A stretch of 64,000 nt of DNA, from contig CBDCCK010000002.1 in the NCBI GenBank assembly GCA_965214835.1, positions 2,336,001 through 2,400,000 of the forward strand, given 5' to 3'. The notes below the pieces were generated by a model, which worked only from the letters and a program-made list of their open reading frames with translations, was not told the origin of the DNA and ran no database searches. This DNA comes from Nitrosopumilaceae archaeon. GTDB lineage: Archaea > Thermoproteota > Nitrososphaeria > Nitrososphaerales > Nitrosopumilaceae. The position numbers and the translations under genes were made by a program. Shown piece by piece: positions 24,786-36,544 of the stretch (positions within the stretch are counted from its first letter, which is position 1; each line of letters opens with the position of its first letter).

Positions 24786-25019
24786 TCAGCTATGATCATG
24801 GGCGGTGGACATTCTATATTTTTTCAATAAAAACAATCCGACGATAAAAGGTATGAAGATAACAGCAAGTGTATAGCTTATAGACACGATGTTTCCAAGT
24901 GTGTCTGTTTGTTCTGTCATAATTACAAATGATGGGACGTACAATATTAATGAGATTGTGCCCATAATTCCATGTGCTATTAATGCATAACAGATTATTT
25001 TTAATTTTTTAGAGGACAT
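24786..25019 (-). CDS. small 2-TM membrane protein
   Basis: 77 aa, two hydrophobic helices, directly downstream of 25034-26092. Confidence 0.7.
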   Translation of the reverse strand: MSSKKLKIICYALIAHGIMGTISLILYVPSFVIMTEQTDTLGNIVSISYTLAVIFIPFIVGLFLLKKYRMSTAHDHS

Positions 25020-25033
25020 AGAAAAAAAGGGAG

Positions 25034-26092
25034 TTAGTTAAGATATATGTTCGATATGGTTGTGGAGAGCGTTGCACTATATGTGGCAGGAATATATGTG
25101 GTTCTTGTATATGTTTCACAGTCACCAGCATCAGAATGTGTGACTTCTTCGTCGTGATTAAAATGATATTGAGTCTGGCCAAAAATGTTTTTGGTGTTTC
25201 CATTAGAATTCACTTCGAAGTCAACACTGTTGTGATGTGTAGGGCTGTCAAGACATGTGATGGGGGTTGTCGCCTAATTCGCTAGAATCCCCGAAAACCG
25301 TTGAGATGCCATATGATCAGGCGTGCAAAAGGGCGGAAATTCAGAAAAACGTGCAGATTGGGTCAAATAAGTGGAATTAGGCGACAACCTCCATGTGATG
25401 GATTCATACGTGACGGTACCTCCACTTTGGCTAGCTATAAACCCCCATGAAGAAGTACTAGTGCCTTGATTCCAGCCATATGTTATCACTGGGAAAGGGA
25501 TTGTTGCAGGACCGTATCCGAAAAGAGGAATAGTCAATATTGATGTTCGCTTCAAAGCTAGATCTGTTTGATGAACATAATGTAAGGTTGAATTCTCATC
25601 ACTCATACTTACGTTCTTTGTTTTAGGCGTCTCCATTGCTGTTTTTGCAGCAAGTGCTCTTTCTTTCCAGTATTCCGGGTTTGCATCAAACCTATCTTTG
25701 GTTGTAACTCCATACTCTTCCAACTCAAAATATAGAGTCGTAAGTTCCATCTCAAGTGCTCGAATTACTTGCTCTGATTTGTTTTGTTCTTTTGCTAGGT
25801 TCACCTGTTTTTCAGCCTCAGCTATATTTACTACTTTATCAAATATGAATGCCTCATAGCCACCAAGTGTACCGATGAAAGATCTTAGTTTTTCAATACT
25901 TTGTACTTTCTGCGTGTCTGAATGTTCTTCTAGAGTCTTTAAAACCCATTCTTCATATGCGGTTAGTTTTCCTATATCGTCCATGTCTTGTTTTGCTTCC
26001 ACTGCTTGTATTCCTGAAAACATCATTATGGTAATCAGAGATGCGAACAGTATCGTTTTTGCGTTTTTTGCAATCATTGCCTGCCCTATCAT
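25034..26092 (-). pseudogene. secreted hypothetical protein interrupted by a MITE
   Basis: Signal peptide; removing 25263-25391 plus one TSD restores the frame to TAA at 25034. Confidence 0.8.
25263..25391. mobile_element. 129-bp IS5-derived MITE
   Basis: TIR ggggttgtcgcctaattc; 9-bp TSD catgtgatg. Confidence 0.92.
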
Positions 26093-26379
26093 TCTTCATT
26101 ATATAGGCAGCTATATCCTGATCTGGAGTGCCTTTTCTGAACGGCCTACGCAATGATGGCAGTGCCAGCATCTCCGGCTTGGCAGCAGCAGTGACAACCA
26201 GACGGGGGCATGTGGGAGCTGCTTTCCGCACGGTTGGATCCTGACAGGTGCGGCCGTTCTTCCTGCCTGCAGGCGTGATAGAAGAAACACATGCGCGACA
26301 GAATTCGCGCTTGCATAATGCCTGAACATCCAAGCGATATCCGGCATTACCGCATAATCACAACTACGATTACAATTCT

Positions 26380-27522
26380 ATAATCCAAAAAGTAGTTCAC
26401 CCCTTCTCCGAGGGTCAAGTCGGTAAGGATCAGATGCACGGGCCTCATGCATGCCACTGGAAACAAGGGTGTGTGGGTCTGGCGCAAAAGGGCTGGTAAA
26501 TACGTCAGTCTTGCACGCCCCAACAACATGAATCTAAACAAGTCAGGCGTACAGTGGATAGTACGCCAAAAGCAAAAGGGAGACATGACAAACGCCCAGA
26601 TAGCCGAATCCATGAACGTCTCGGTCCGCTGGGTACAGAAACTGTGGGCCCGGCACAGGTCAGGCACCATACAGGACATATCGCACCCCGCACGGATGGG
26701 AAGGCCCCAGAACGGCATGCCCGGGCGCAGGGAGCACTCGGCGGTCCTCTCGGTGCGACCCTCCGAGCACCTGGGTGCGGCATCACTGCAGGATCTCATA
26801 AGGGAAAAGACCGGGATTAGTATCCCGCGACATACACTGCACGGCATGCTAAAGGACGAGGGGATGGCCAGAGACGAGCCCAACGGGCGCAGAAAACGCA
26901 GGTGGCTGCGCTGGGAGATGGAGTATTCCAACTCCATGTGGCACACCGACTGGAAGCAGATACACGGCGGAATGCACGACGGCAGGTGGTTTTTGTGCTA
27001 CGAGGACGACGCATCCCGGTTCGTGACCGGATACGGCATATTTGACAACGCGACTACAGAAAACGCCCTCAAGGTGCTTGACGGGGCCATGCAGAAGCAC
27101 GGCAGGCCCGCCTCCATAATGACGGACCACGGAAGCCAGTTCTATGCAAACGAAAAACAAGGCGCAAAGAGGGGGCACAGCGAGTTCGAGGAGAGCCTGG
27201 AGGCCCTAGGCATACGGCAGGTCCTTGCCGGGGTGCGCCACCCGCAGACAAACGGCAAGGTCGAGAGGCTGCACGGCGAGATACAGCGCAAGCTGCACGA
27301 GTTTGAGGATATCATGATGAGAACAAGCGATCCCATGGATCTATTCATGAAATGGTACAACTACGACAGGCCCCACATGTCCCTTGACCGGGAGAACCGG
27401 GAGACGCCGGCGCAGGCATATGAGCGCAAGATGCCTCCTGCGGGCGAAACGGTCATAGATGGGCAGACCAGGGAGGAATATCATGTCAGATAGGGGGGGT
27501 GAACTACTTTTCGGATCCCACA
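26380..27522 (+). mobile_element. IS481-family element (transposase 26447-27493)
   Basis: TIR atccaaaaagtagttcacc / ggtgaactacttttcggat; WHTDW, DDASR, TDHGSQF, HPQTNGKVER. Confidence 0.93.
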
Positions 27523-27557
27523 TCGCCTCCCGGCCAGCTCGTGGTTTATATAGTGAA

Positions 27558-28319
27558 ATGATTTTCGGATACCAGTGGTTCAAGCTAGTGTGCGGTGCGG
27601 CAAGCAGAAATGAGCGATTACAAAAAAAAAAAACAATCCCTGGCAAGCTAAAGTACTATTGCAAAAAGTGCGTCTCTGTTGCCACCACCCCGTGGCCACG
27701 TTCGGCTCAGTCGTTCTTGTATACGAAACTATTACGGTGGTATCTTCCTGCTAACGCAACAGTCGCACAGGTAAAGTCGGCAATACCGGATTTATTCGAA
27801 GGCAAATATTCCAGCGTCCTGTACATAGGTGCGAGTCACCTGAGACAACACTTTCTGGACGACTTTGTACGCATGTATGATCGTGTCGTAGTGCTTGAGA
27901 TCGATAAGAAAAACGCAGAATATGTCAGGCAGAAATTCGACCTGCCAGGAGTTACCGTGGTATGCGGTGACGTACGCAATACAGCGGACTTGACGGAGAG
28001 GGAATGGGGGGGCGGGCGGTTCGATGTATGCTTCTTTTACCACGGTTTGGAGCACCTGCCCAAGGAGGATGTCGCCGGCGTGCTAAACACGCTTGAATCC
28101 ATAACAGATCATATAATTGTGCTTGGAATGCCATACGGACATTATAAGCAGGATTCTGAATACGGGAACGTATACGAAAGACACCTTTGGGACATCTATC
28201 CGGGCGACATGCACCGGCTGGGATATCGAATCGACACGATGGGGGACGTAGACGACACCTTATCAAACATGATTGCTTGGAAGCGCACCGGCAAGAAGAC
28301 CTCTGGACTCAAAAAGTAG
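27558..28319 (+). CDS. class I SAM-dependent methyltransferase
   Basis: VLYIGA, LEID, CGDV, FDVCFFYHGLEH; start uncertain because of an A12 run after ATG 27610. Confidence 0.8.
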   Translation: MIFGYQWFKLVCGAASRNERLQKKKTIPGKLKYYCKKCVSVATTPWPRSAQSFLYTKLLRWYLPANATVAQVKSAIPDLFEGKYSSVLYIGASHLRQHFLDDFVRMYDRVVVLEIDKKNAEYVRQKFDLPGVTVVCGDVRNTADLTEREWGGGRFDVCFFYHGLEHLPKEDVAGVLNTLESITDHIIVLGMPYGHYKQDSEYGNVYERHLWDIYPGDMHRLGYRIDTMGDVDDTLSNMIAWKRTGKKTSGLKK

Positions 28320-28351
28320 CCTGATGACGGTGTGGATCCCGTGCTTTCCTT

Positions 28352-28438
28352 GTAAGAGTTTACCCCTCCCCCAAGATACGACGTGGCAGGCGTGACCATG
28401 AAGGCTCCGGCCAGCAGTACCGCCTGAGGGGTAAACTC
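28352..28438. mobile_element. MITE, same family as 10660-10750
   Basis: gtaagagtttacccct...aggggtaaactc. Confidence 0.85.
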
Positions 28439-28515
28439 CCATATCAAATTATTCTGATTCCCTGCACGGGCCGCTGCGAGTGTGCGTTTCTCAGTCAGAC
28501 GTATTTACTAGACAC

Positions 28516-29713
28516 GGGGTTGTCCAAAAAATTTCCAAGAGGCTGCCATAATCTACCAGTCTGCCCCCGTATGTATGTAAATTCAGATGCAGAACGGGAC
28601 ATTTTCGGCCGGCCATGCGCAAAAGGCAACGTAAATATCCATGCGGGCCATACCTTACGGTAGTGCTGCGGTTCAACAACAGTACGGGTTATGATAAAAA
28701 ATTATACCGTAAGGTTGTAGCACAACACGCGAGCGAACAGCTCGACTGTAATGGTTCCGTCCAGTTTTGAGCGCAGGACGGATCCAGTCCTTTCCTTCAT
28801 TGCCGAGAACAGGGCCTCTACCTAGCTCCTCATGTGATAGGCGCGCCAGAACTCGTCTGGCCTGTCACGCAGCCACTGCAGCATCTTGGCCCGGGCACTG
28901 AACCCGCGGGGCTTTTCGTTTCCCTTTGCCGGCTTTATGGCAGGTCCGCGGCCGCTTTTTGCGATCAGCTCGCAGTTTTTGTACGAATCGTATGCCGAAT
29001 CCAGCGCCACTATGCCGTATCCTCCCTTTGGGATGCGGGAAAACATGCGGGCAAACTCCGGCGAGTCGGCCGATGTGCCAGGCGTGGCCTCAAATGACAG
29101 TATCCTGCCTCCTACTGCGCCTACTATGTGCAGCTTTGCAAAGTCGTGTCCTGTCATCTCCCCGTACTTGGCATGATGCCAGCTCTTGTACTTGCGGAGG
29201 CCAAACCCCGTCGAGTCACCATGCAGGTCCGCTATGCGCTCGCCGTCTGACATGGCCAGCACGACCTCGTCCATAAAGTCCTTGCCCATTTCCCAGAGCA
29301 TCTTCACCCTGTTGTGCAGGGTGGACTTGGAGAGTGTGTGGTCCAGGCCGCACCTCCTAAGATCGTCCGGATTTGTCTCCAGATGCGTGGCCATGATCCT
29401 GTAGGACAGGTGGTTCTCGATCCTGAGGATCGCAATGCGTATGGCAGACCATGCAAGTTTGGCATCGATTCCCGTTTTGTCCGCCATCTTCTTGGCCACC
29501 CTGCGCACGATCTTTCCCAGGTTCTTCCTTGCCCTCTTCTTGCGGGGGCTCTCCTGCCTGCGCTTTTGCTCGTAGAGTCGGTAATAACCTGTGTTCTTTC
29601 TGTCGTTACTCATTGAAATAGCCAGGATCGGCTGATCAAAATTGTTTTCGGCGTATTACGCCCATGATCTATAAGCTTAGCGGTCATTTTGAGGAAATTT
29701 TTTGGACAACCCC
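28516..29713 (-). mobile_element. IS5-family element, transposase with nonsense stop
   Basis: TIR ggggttgtccaaaaaatttcc; 9-bp TSD actagacac; DSTG, LDSAYD, YHMRS*VE; frame continues to 28702. Confidence 0.92.
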
Positions 29714-29722
29714 ACTAGACAC

Positions 29723-29950
29723 TCAATCATTTTATACTTTCTCTCCGTGAGATCTTTGTTCTGTGTGCGGTATTCGGTTTCATCAGCCAGCACGTGCCAG
29801 ATCACCTTTGCCAGCGTTCTGGCCACGACTGCCATCCTTGTTCCGTCGGCTGTGTTGGAAAACTCTGCCTGTTCCAGAATCCCTGCAGCCAGGTCCTTGA
29901 TGGCCGCTACACGCGTCTTCTTATGAACGTCTATTCCTATGTTGATCATT
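29723..29950 (-). pseudogene. IS110 transposase, internally deleted remnant
   Basis: IGIDVHKK N-terminus fused to VARTLAKVIWHVL C-terminus. Confidence 0.7.
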
Positions 29951-30219
29951 TTATCACCTCCTTTTTGATCAAAGTGTGTGTGCCCAACTGAACGGAAAAC
30001 TCCCATTCGCCCTCGATTATGTGGCATTTCGTTGTCCGCCTACTCTGAGCCAGTCTCTTACGCGCCCTCATATGTGGCAAGGTTACTTCGGCTCTTGGGC
30101 CCAACACGGATAATATGGCGTCCGCTACAGATAAGATTTGATATAACGCCTCATACGATTTTTTTACTTTCGTATAGGATATGTGGTAACAGGATAGCCC
30201 CCAGCCAGAGTTGAAGTCA

Positions 30220-30400
30220 TGTCCCCCCTTGCCGAACATCTTCTGCCCGCCGGAAGTCCGCAGTCCGAACCGTATCGTGCGAGCGATCACGCCGGGCCTC
30301 AGCGTGCGCTCGGCCAGGTTGTTGGTGGGATCCATCCCAAGATGCATCAGGAACGTGTAGAGAAACTCCGAGGCGTTCTCAAGCTTTGTGGCATAGCTGT
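30220..30400 (-). pseudogene. IS66 transposase C-terminal remnant
   Basis: MDPTNNLAERTLRPGVIAR as in 37896-39536. Confidence 0.85.
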
Positions 30401-30452
30401 TGGTGAGGACCCCGGGAAATGCCTGCCTGCCTGCCAGTATAAATAGGATCTG

Positions 30453-31569
30453 ATGATGTACAAGCGTATGGTGGTGGATTGGACGGCACTGCGCACGTGG
30501 TACTGGAACATCCGGCCGCACGACCATCGTGTGAAATGTCCCATATGCGGCCGTTCAAGACACGTCCAGAGGACGGATTTTAAAAAGCTCCCAAGGCACC
30601 CGGTGGCACACATGATTCTGCAAGGGAACAGGAAAAGCGCCCTTACATCCTTTCTCCGTGCCCCCCATGCAAGGGCAGGTTATGGCAGCCGAACCGGGAA
30701 CAGGAAAAGCGCCCTTACATCCTTTCTCCGTGTCCTGCCGGACTTTCTCATCATAGGAACAACCAAGTCGGCTACCACGTCGCTGTATGGTCTGATGTGC
30801 TCGCATCCACATGTGCTTCCTGCACGGGCCAAGGAGATAGGATACTTTGCCAGCACGTGGGCATACATGCACGGCCTGCAGTGGTACCGCACCCACTTTC
30901 CGACCGTACTGTACAAGCGCTATCTTGCATGGAGAACAGGTCGCAGGATGCTTACTGGTGAGGCCACCCCACAATACATGTTCTTCCCGGACGTGCCGGG
31001 CAGAGTCAAAGCCGTGCTTCCGGACGTCAGGATGATCGCCATCATGCGCAACCCCGTCGACCGCGCCTATTCGGAGTACAACATGCGGCTCAGAAAGGGG
31101 AAGGAGTCACTGACCTTTGAGGACGCAATATCTGTAGAGGGCAACAGGGTGTCGTATGAGCGGGAAAAGGCGGCATCGGATAGCAGATCCGACGGGTGTG
31201 ATCTTCACTTCTATCTGAGCAAGGGTCGCTATGCAGAGCAGCTGACTCGCTGGTACAAGTACTTTGACAGGAACCAGATCCTAGTCCTGACGACCGAGGA
31301 GCTGGGGGACGACAGGCAGGGCACGCTTGACAGGGTCTTTGGGTTTCTTGGACTGGAGCCGTTTGAGGTGGGGGGGGGAAACGGGCCGCCTGCCGAACCT
31401 GCCTTGGATGGGGAGGTACAAGTCCGAGCCGGGCGATCCCTTCAGGCTCAATGCGGGCAGCTACCCCCCGATGAGGCGCGACACGCGCAGGATGCTGGTT
31501 GACTATTTTCGTCCGCACAACGAGCGACTATATGATCTTTTGGGGCGCGGTCTTGACTGGGATCGGTGA
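30453..31569 (+). CDS. sulfotransferase, frameshifted at a G9 run
   Basis: PDFLIIGTTKSATTSL (5'-PSB) and RNPVDRAYS (3'-PB); C-terminus YFRPHNERLYDLLG in another frame after 31370-31378. Confidence 0.9.
30624..30732. repeat. 37-bp direct duplication around a 35-bp insert (unit D)
   Basis: gggaacaggaaaagcgcccttacatcctttctccgtg at 30624-30660 and 30696-30732. Confidence 0.95.
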
Positions 31570-31572
31570 CTG

Positions 31573-31644
31573 GTGCTGGGTACACAGTGCTGGGTACACA
31601 GTGCTGGGTACACAGTGCTGGGTACACAGTGCTGGGCACAGTGC
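31573..31644. repeat. 14-bp tandem repeat
   Basis: gtgctgggtacaca x4 plus one degenerate copy. Confidence 0.95.
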
Positions 31645-31679
31645 GCACCGTTAAAATCTGAACATTTTTTATCGAAATA

Positions 31680-31948
31680 GGCACGATATGTCAAAATTAC
31701 AGTCCGTTTTTTATGGGTTGACTACAGCATTCCCAAAGTACAGCCAAGTGAAAAGTACCACAGATCTGGCGTCATGGAGTGGGGGTGCGGCCTATCCCAT
31801 GAGACAAACCGTCGCATCTCCCTGAATACCGGCATTGAATACCATCATGGATGCCGTGCTGCAACGCAAGACAGGCGGCCGGATCAAGGGAGGCTTGCTC
31901 TGTAGTGCGCACATCAAAAAACGGATCATAGTTTTGACATATCGTGCC
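31680..31948. mobile_element. putative ISH3-derived MITE
   Basis: TIR ggcacgatatgtcaaaa / ttttgacatatcgtgcc; the same end occurs at 46747. Confidence 0.75.
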
Positions 31949-32065
31949 TGCTTTGGCAAGACATGATCCATTTTCAGCTGTGCGTACTATGGGTGTACGG
32001 GAATGGATGGTTTACTACATGCGTGTCAAAGTGGAGGCTGCAGCAAGCCCGTCATGGTTGAGGCG

Positions 32066-33061
32066 TCAAGAACAATCCAAGGGGGGGCGGCCTAGCACAT
32101 TTTGCCTGCCGCCTTTGACGATTAGTCCAGTCGTTAGCTTGACTCCATTCCAGCTTGAGCGTTCGGGATTCCATCCGATGGATCTTATCTTTTCTGTATC
32201 GAGCATCATGTTTTTCACATCACCACTCCATCCCCTGCCGCCGTCAACTCCGCCCGTATAGTTGATCTTGGTCTTTTTTAGATTCATTTCGTCCAAGACC
32301 AGGCTTGCAATGCTTTTTACCCTGATCCTGTCGTCTGATCCCACATTAAAGACCTCGACCTTTTTTCGGGCTTTCTTCAAAGCAAGATGCATTGCCGAGA
32401 TGCAGTCATCCACATACAGATACGATTTGCTCTGTTCCCCGTCCCCCAGTACATCAAGGGAGGAGGGATCACTTTGTAATTTCCTGACAAAGTCAAATAT
32501 TATCCCGTGCGTGCTGTTCGGCCCAATTATGTTTGCCAACCTGAAGATAACCGCTTTAAAACCAAACATGTGGGCATAGGAGCTTATCAATGCCTCACAG
32601 GCCAATTTCGAGGATCCGTAGGTTGAGATTGGCTCCAGCGGGGAGTAGTTCTCAGGAGTTGGAATCTGGCTGGCTTCGCCGTAAACTGTGGAGGTGGATG
32701 CAAAAGCCAGTATCTTGGGCTTTGCGTTTTTTAGCTTTTCAAGAAGATTAAAAGTTGCTGTAATGTTTTGGTTAAAATGATCTACTGGTCTTGATCTGGA
32801 TGGGTTCACTTCTGGGTGTGCAGCCAAGTGGTAAACTGCATCATACCGTGGCAGCATCCCAAGCGACACTGCATCCAGCAGATCGGCCTTGAAAAATCTA
32901 AATTCTCGGCTCCTGCCCCATACTTTCAAGAGGCCCCTGTCGGCAGTCTTGTCAAGTACATGGGTTTCTTTTCCCTCCGAGATTAATTTGTCAACTAGTG
33001 ACCTCCCAATGAATCCCATGCCGCCTGTAACTAGCACGGTTTTTATTCCATCCTGCATCAT
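32066..33061 (-). CDS. NAD-dependent epimerase/dehydratase (UDP-glucose 4-epimerase-like)
   Basis: VLVTGGMGFIG, STSTVYG, YGSSK; likely start ATG 33061. Confidence 0.93.
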   Translation of the reverse strand: MMQDGIKTVLVTGGMGFIGRSLVDKLISEGKETHVLDKTADRGLLKVWGRSREFRFFKADLLDAVSLGMLPRYDAVYHLAAHPEVNPSRSRPVDHFNQNITATFNLLEKLKNAKPKILAFASTSTVYGEASQIPTPENYSPLEPISTYGSSKLACEALISSYAHMFGFKAVIFRLANIIGPNSTHGIIFDFVRKLQSDPSSLDVLGDGEQSKSYLYVDDCISAMHLALKKARKKVEVFNVGSDDRIRVKSIASLVLDEMNLKKTKINYTGGVDGGRGWSGDVKNMMLDTEKIRSIGWNPERSSWNGVKLTTGLIVKGGRQNVLGRPPLDCS

Positions 33062-33133
33062 AGCCTCTGTCATATTCTGAACGCCCCGGGGGGGTGTGTA
33101 ACTAGCACGGTTTTTATTCCATCCTGCATCATA
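33026..33133. repeat. 37-bp direct duplication around a 34-bp insert (unit E)
   Basis: tgtaactagcacggtttttattccatcctgcatcata at 33026-33062 and 33097-33133. Confidence 0.95.
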
Positions 33134-33184
33134 TGACTGCCTCCGTTTACACTCATTAAGTTTAGGATGCATGCAGTTCTGACT

Positions 33185-33313
33185 GGGGTTGTCGCCTAAT
33201 TCCACTTGTTTGACTCAACCTGCACGTTTTTCTGAATTTCCGCCCTTTTGCACGCCTGATCCACTGGCATCACAGCGGTTTTCAGGAATTCTGGCGAATT
33301 AGGCGACAACCCC
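33185..33313. mobile_element. 129-bp IS5-derived MITE
   Basis: TIR ggggttgtcgcctaattc; 9-bp TSD gttctgact. Confidence 0.92.
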
Positions 33314-34025
33314 GTTCTGACTGTGACCATGCAGCAAGCTTCAACCCGGATCGGAGGCTTTTTGATCCGTGTCATTATGGACTCCCTGTCAACCATAGCT
33401 TGTTGCATAACCGTGTCTGAACGTGCAAAAACACCCAATCTTTTGTACTTAAAATCAGGGTTATGCAGCAAACTAGTCCGTCGGGATTGGTCTCTGCCTT
33501 ACGTGCGTCCTCGATGTCTCGCAGCAATTTACGCACGAATTCTTGGGTTGAACTTGTCTAGTCGCCGTAAGGCACGCAAGATGCGTCTGGTGAACCATCC
33601 TCCGGCGGTTCCTGCCGTCATGTAGGCCCCCTCGGACGTGTTGAGAGTTGATTCGAAATTAGCAAATTCTGACTATTTGAGAACGAGTCTGCATGAAACA
33701 GCTCAAAATATCAGCAGAATAAAGTTACCTGTGAAATCACTTGGGAAATTCGCACGGCTACCAATTTCGGCTCACCTCTCTGGTGCCCGGCTCGTGTACT
33801 ATACCTTGCGGGCCATGTCCGGCTTCATACCTTGGAATCTTGGTTTTATCAATGACTATCATCTGGAATCTGCCTATCAGGACGCACCGAGTCCCTGACG
33901 TTCTACCGGATGTCTTGAAGTCTTTTGAAAGATACCCGGAGTTTGAGGAGATGTCCGTGCTCCCTTGGTGATCTCAGAGGATCTCCTGGTTGGATTTGCA
34001 CTGCGCACGGACACCGCCCCGCGCA

Positions 34026-35140
34026 TCAGTCCGGACGCCCTTTCCTACTGCATACGTCCCTTATGTATCGGCTCAGCTGCCTGCCCGACTGATCAACTGA
34101 CAGCTTTTCAAGATAGTGCCGCCGCCCCTGAATGGCCACGCGCCTCCGGAGGTCGTCGTCGTCCCTCAGCTGCAGGATGCACCGGGCCAGCTCCTCGGGT
34201 GAGTCTGACTGCACCAGCATGCAGTTTTTCTTGTCGACCAGGCCTGCCTCGCGCGTCGTGGGCGTGTCTATGGTGACCAGAGGCTTGGCCGATGACAGGG
34301 TCTGGTTGATCTTGTTGGCCATGGATCCCTTGCACTTGTCGCTTGTGCCAAACAGTCCCAGACACACGTCGCTGTCCTTTATCTGCTGTACGAGTGACAG
34401 AGTAGGAAGCATTCCACGAAATCTTACGTTGGAAAGGCCGGCCTCCTCGGCGTACCGCCTTACTTTGGGCTCGTCCTGGCCGCCGCCGCAGAAGACAAAC
34501 GTTATGTCCTTTTCGCCACGCAGGCGGCCGGCTGCCTCCACTATGACCTTGGTGCCGTACGTGGGAATGAACCCTCCAAAATACAGCACGACGAACTCGT
34601 CCGTCCTCTCCTTGAACGGAATCGGTTTAAAGAGCGGCTCGTATGCGGCAGGCCAGAACCGGCGGAACTTCTCCCTCGGCAGGCCGAACTCCCTGACAAA
34701 GTAGTCGATCTGAAAGGTACTCTCCGTTATTACCAGATCCGAGCACCTGTAGGCGGTTTTTTCTGCAAAGCGGAGGATCCTGGCTTTCAGTGAGTTTTTG
34801 GGAATCTCTTTCCGGACGGTCACAAACGTGTCGTAGATCGAAAAGGGAAAGAAACACACTATTGGCCCTTTGGAAATCAGTCTGGCAAAGGGAGAACTGA
34901 CTAGTCCCCCCCCCACTTCATCGGGATTATCATTACGTCATAATCGATCTTCCTGTGCCTTAGAAACAGCCGGATGTACACCTTGACAATCGAGGAGTTG
35001 AGTGGGACTTCATGGCACTCTACAGTTTCAAAACCCTGTGATTTGAGGATGTACTTTAGCAGATCTCCGGTACTGCCAGATGGAATGCCTCTGGTCGATT
35101 TGACGTAGGAGCCAAAGAGACACACCCTCATGAGTGGCAC
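34026..35140 (-). CDS. GT4 glycosyltransferase, frameshifted at a G9 run
   Basis: ORFs 34901-35140 and 34026-34916 overlap at C9 34906-34914; MRVCLFG, VLYFGGF, SDVCLG. Confidence 0.87.
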
Positions 35141-35263
35141 AACATCAGATCCTATTTAAACCTCCAGAGAGTTGATTCGAAGTTGGCAGATTCTGATTAT
35201 TTGTGAACGAATTTGCATGACAGCCCAAAAACATCAACAAAATACAAGTTATCTATGAAATTA

Positions 35264-36490
35264 TAGCAACGAGCAGAAGTCTTTGAGCCAAAACAGGGTT
35301 CATTCGAAAGGTATGACGATCGCGTAACCGGCAAGCATGGCAAAAGAAACAGACGGCCTGTCAGAGGCCATGCGCAAAGAAAAGGATGTCAAAGTCTACA
35401 AAAAGATCATGGCGCTGGTGTTTGTGCCAGAGGACGACATAGGCGTGCCCGAGACCGCAAAAGGGGTCCGGTGCAGCGAGAATTCCGTGCGCAGCCGGCT
35501 GGCGAGGTTTTCGGAGGACGGCATGGACGGCCTCCGGGATCTTCCCCGTTCCGGATGCAGGCCAAAGGTGGACAGAAAAAGGATTGCCGCCATAATGAAC
35601 CTGTCCATTGAATACAGCAGTACCGACGTCATGACGGTGCGCGATGACACAAGGGATGCCGCCTAGACAGAATACAGCACAGGACATGTCCGAAGACTGA
35701 TGCGCCAGTACGGCCTGTCGCGCCGCAAGGTGCAAAACGTACATGCCAGCCATGCCACCCCAAGCTCGGTATACTCATGGCAGCGGTATCTTGAAAACGT
35801 GCGTATTCCGTGCCTGAAAAACGACGGTTTTACGCTGGTGTCATCTGATGAGGCATTTTTCGTGCAGGGTGCATACGACAGATACGTATGGGGTCCGGTC
35901 GGCACCAGAAGCGTGGCATCGTATTCGGGGGACCACACAAAGGTGGCCGTGTTTGGAAGCATCGCAGAAGACGGCAGAAGGCTGTTCAGGACGTTTACGG
36001 GATCGTTTAGGTCAGTGCAGTTCATACAATGTCTGGAGGCGTTGCGCGCCAAGTTTGGCAAGGTTGCCGTCTTTTGCGACAGGTGGAGTGTGCACAGATC
36101 TATTGACGTCGCAGAATATCTGGCAGGTCATCCCGACATCAGGCTGATAATGATCCCGAAAGGATCGCCGTACCTCAATATCGTGGAAGAATGCTGGAAC
36201 CTGGGCAAGCCTGTCGTTTTCAGGGGGATAGTGTACAGAAGGATCAGCAAGCTGCGGCATGCCATATCCGAATATTACAGGACGGTGTCGTTTGCCCACC
36301 TTTGCATGTCAGTCTTCCCAAAAGTAACCGATTTGTGGCGGTTCAGGAGGTGGCAAGCGGGTATGCAGGCAGTCCGTTTGAATTATTTCGAGCCCGGGAT
36401 AATTTGACGTGGTACTTCTGGGAAGACTGCATGTACAAGTACATTTACAGATCGCCGGTCAAGGCCCTCAATTACTTGTGACCGTTGCTA
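35264..36490 (+). mobile_element. IS630-family element, degenerate relative of 18841-19946
   Basis: TIR tagcaacg, TA flanks, frameshift at about 35663, MITE insertion. Confidence 0.92.
36310..36429. mobile_element. 120-bp MITE
   Basis: TIR cagtcttccca / tgggaagactg; 5-bp TSD catgt; empty site seen in the 18841-19946 copy. Confidence 0.92.
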
Positions 36491-36544
36491 TACGAACAAA
36501 TTCATCTCATTCAGGTGGATTGCGCATAAAGTCTAATGAGCTAA

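Noticed and set aside
278-28824. Repeated in-frame TAG codons as amber recoding
   Set aside because: They occur only in decayed IS copies; those at about 6095 and 6155 are CAG in the intact copy, and core genes use TAG as a normal stop.
32066-33205. 379-aa N-terminally extended epimerase
   Set aside because: The extension begins in a MITE and runs through the unit E duplication; the true start is probably 33061.
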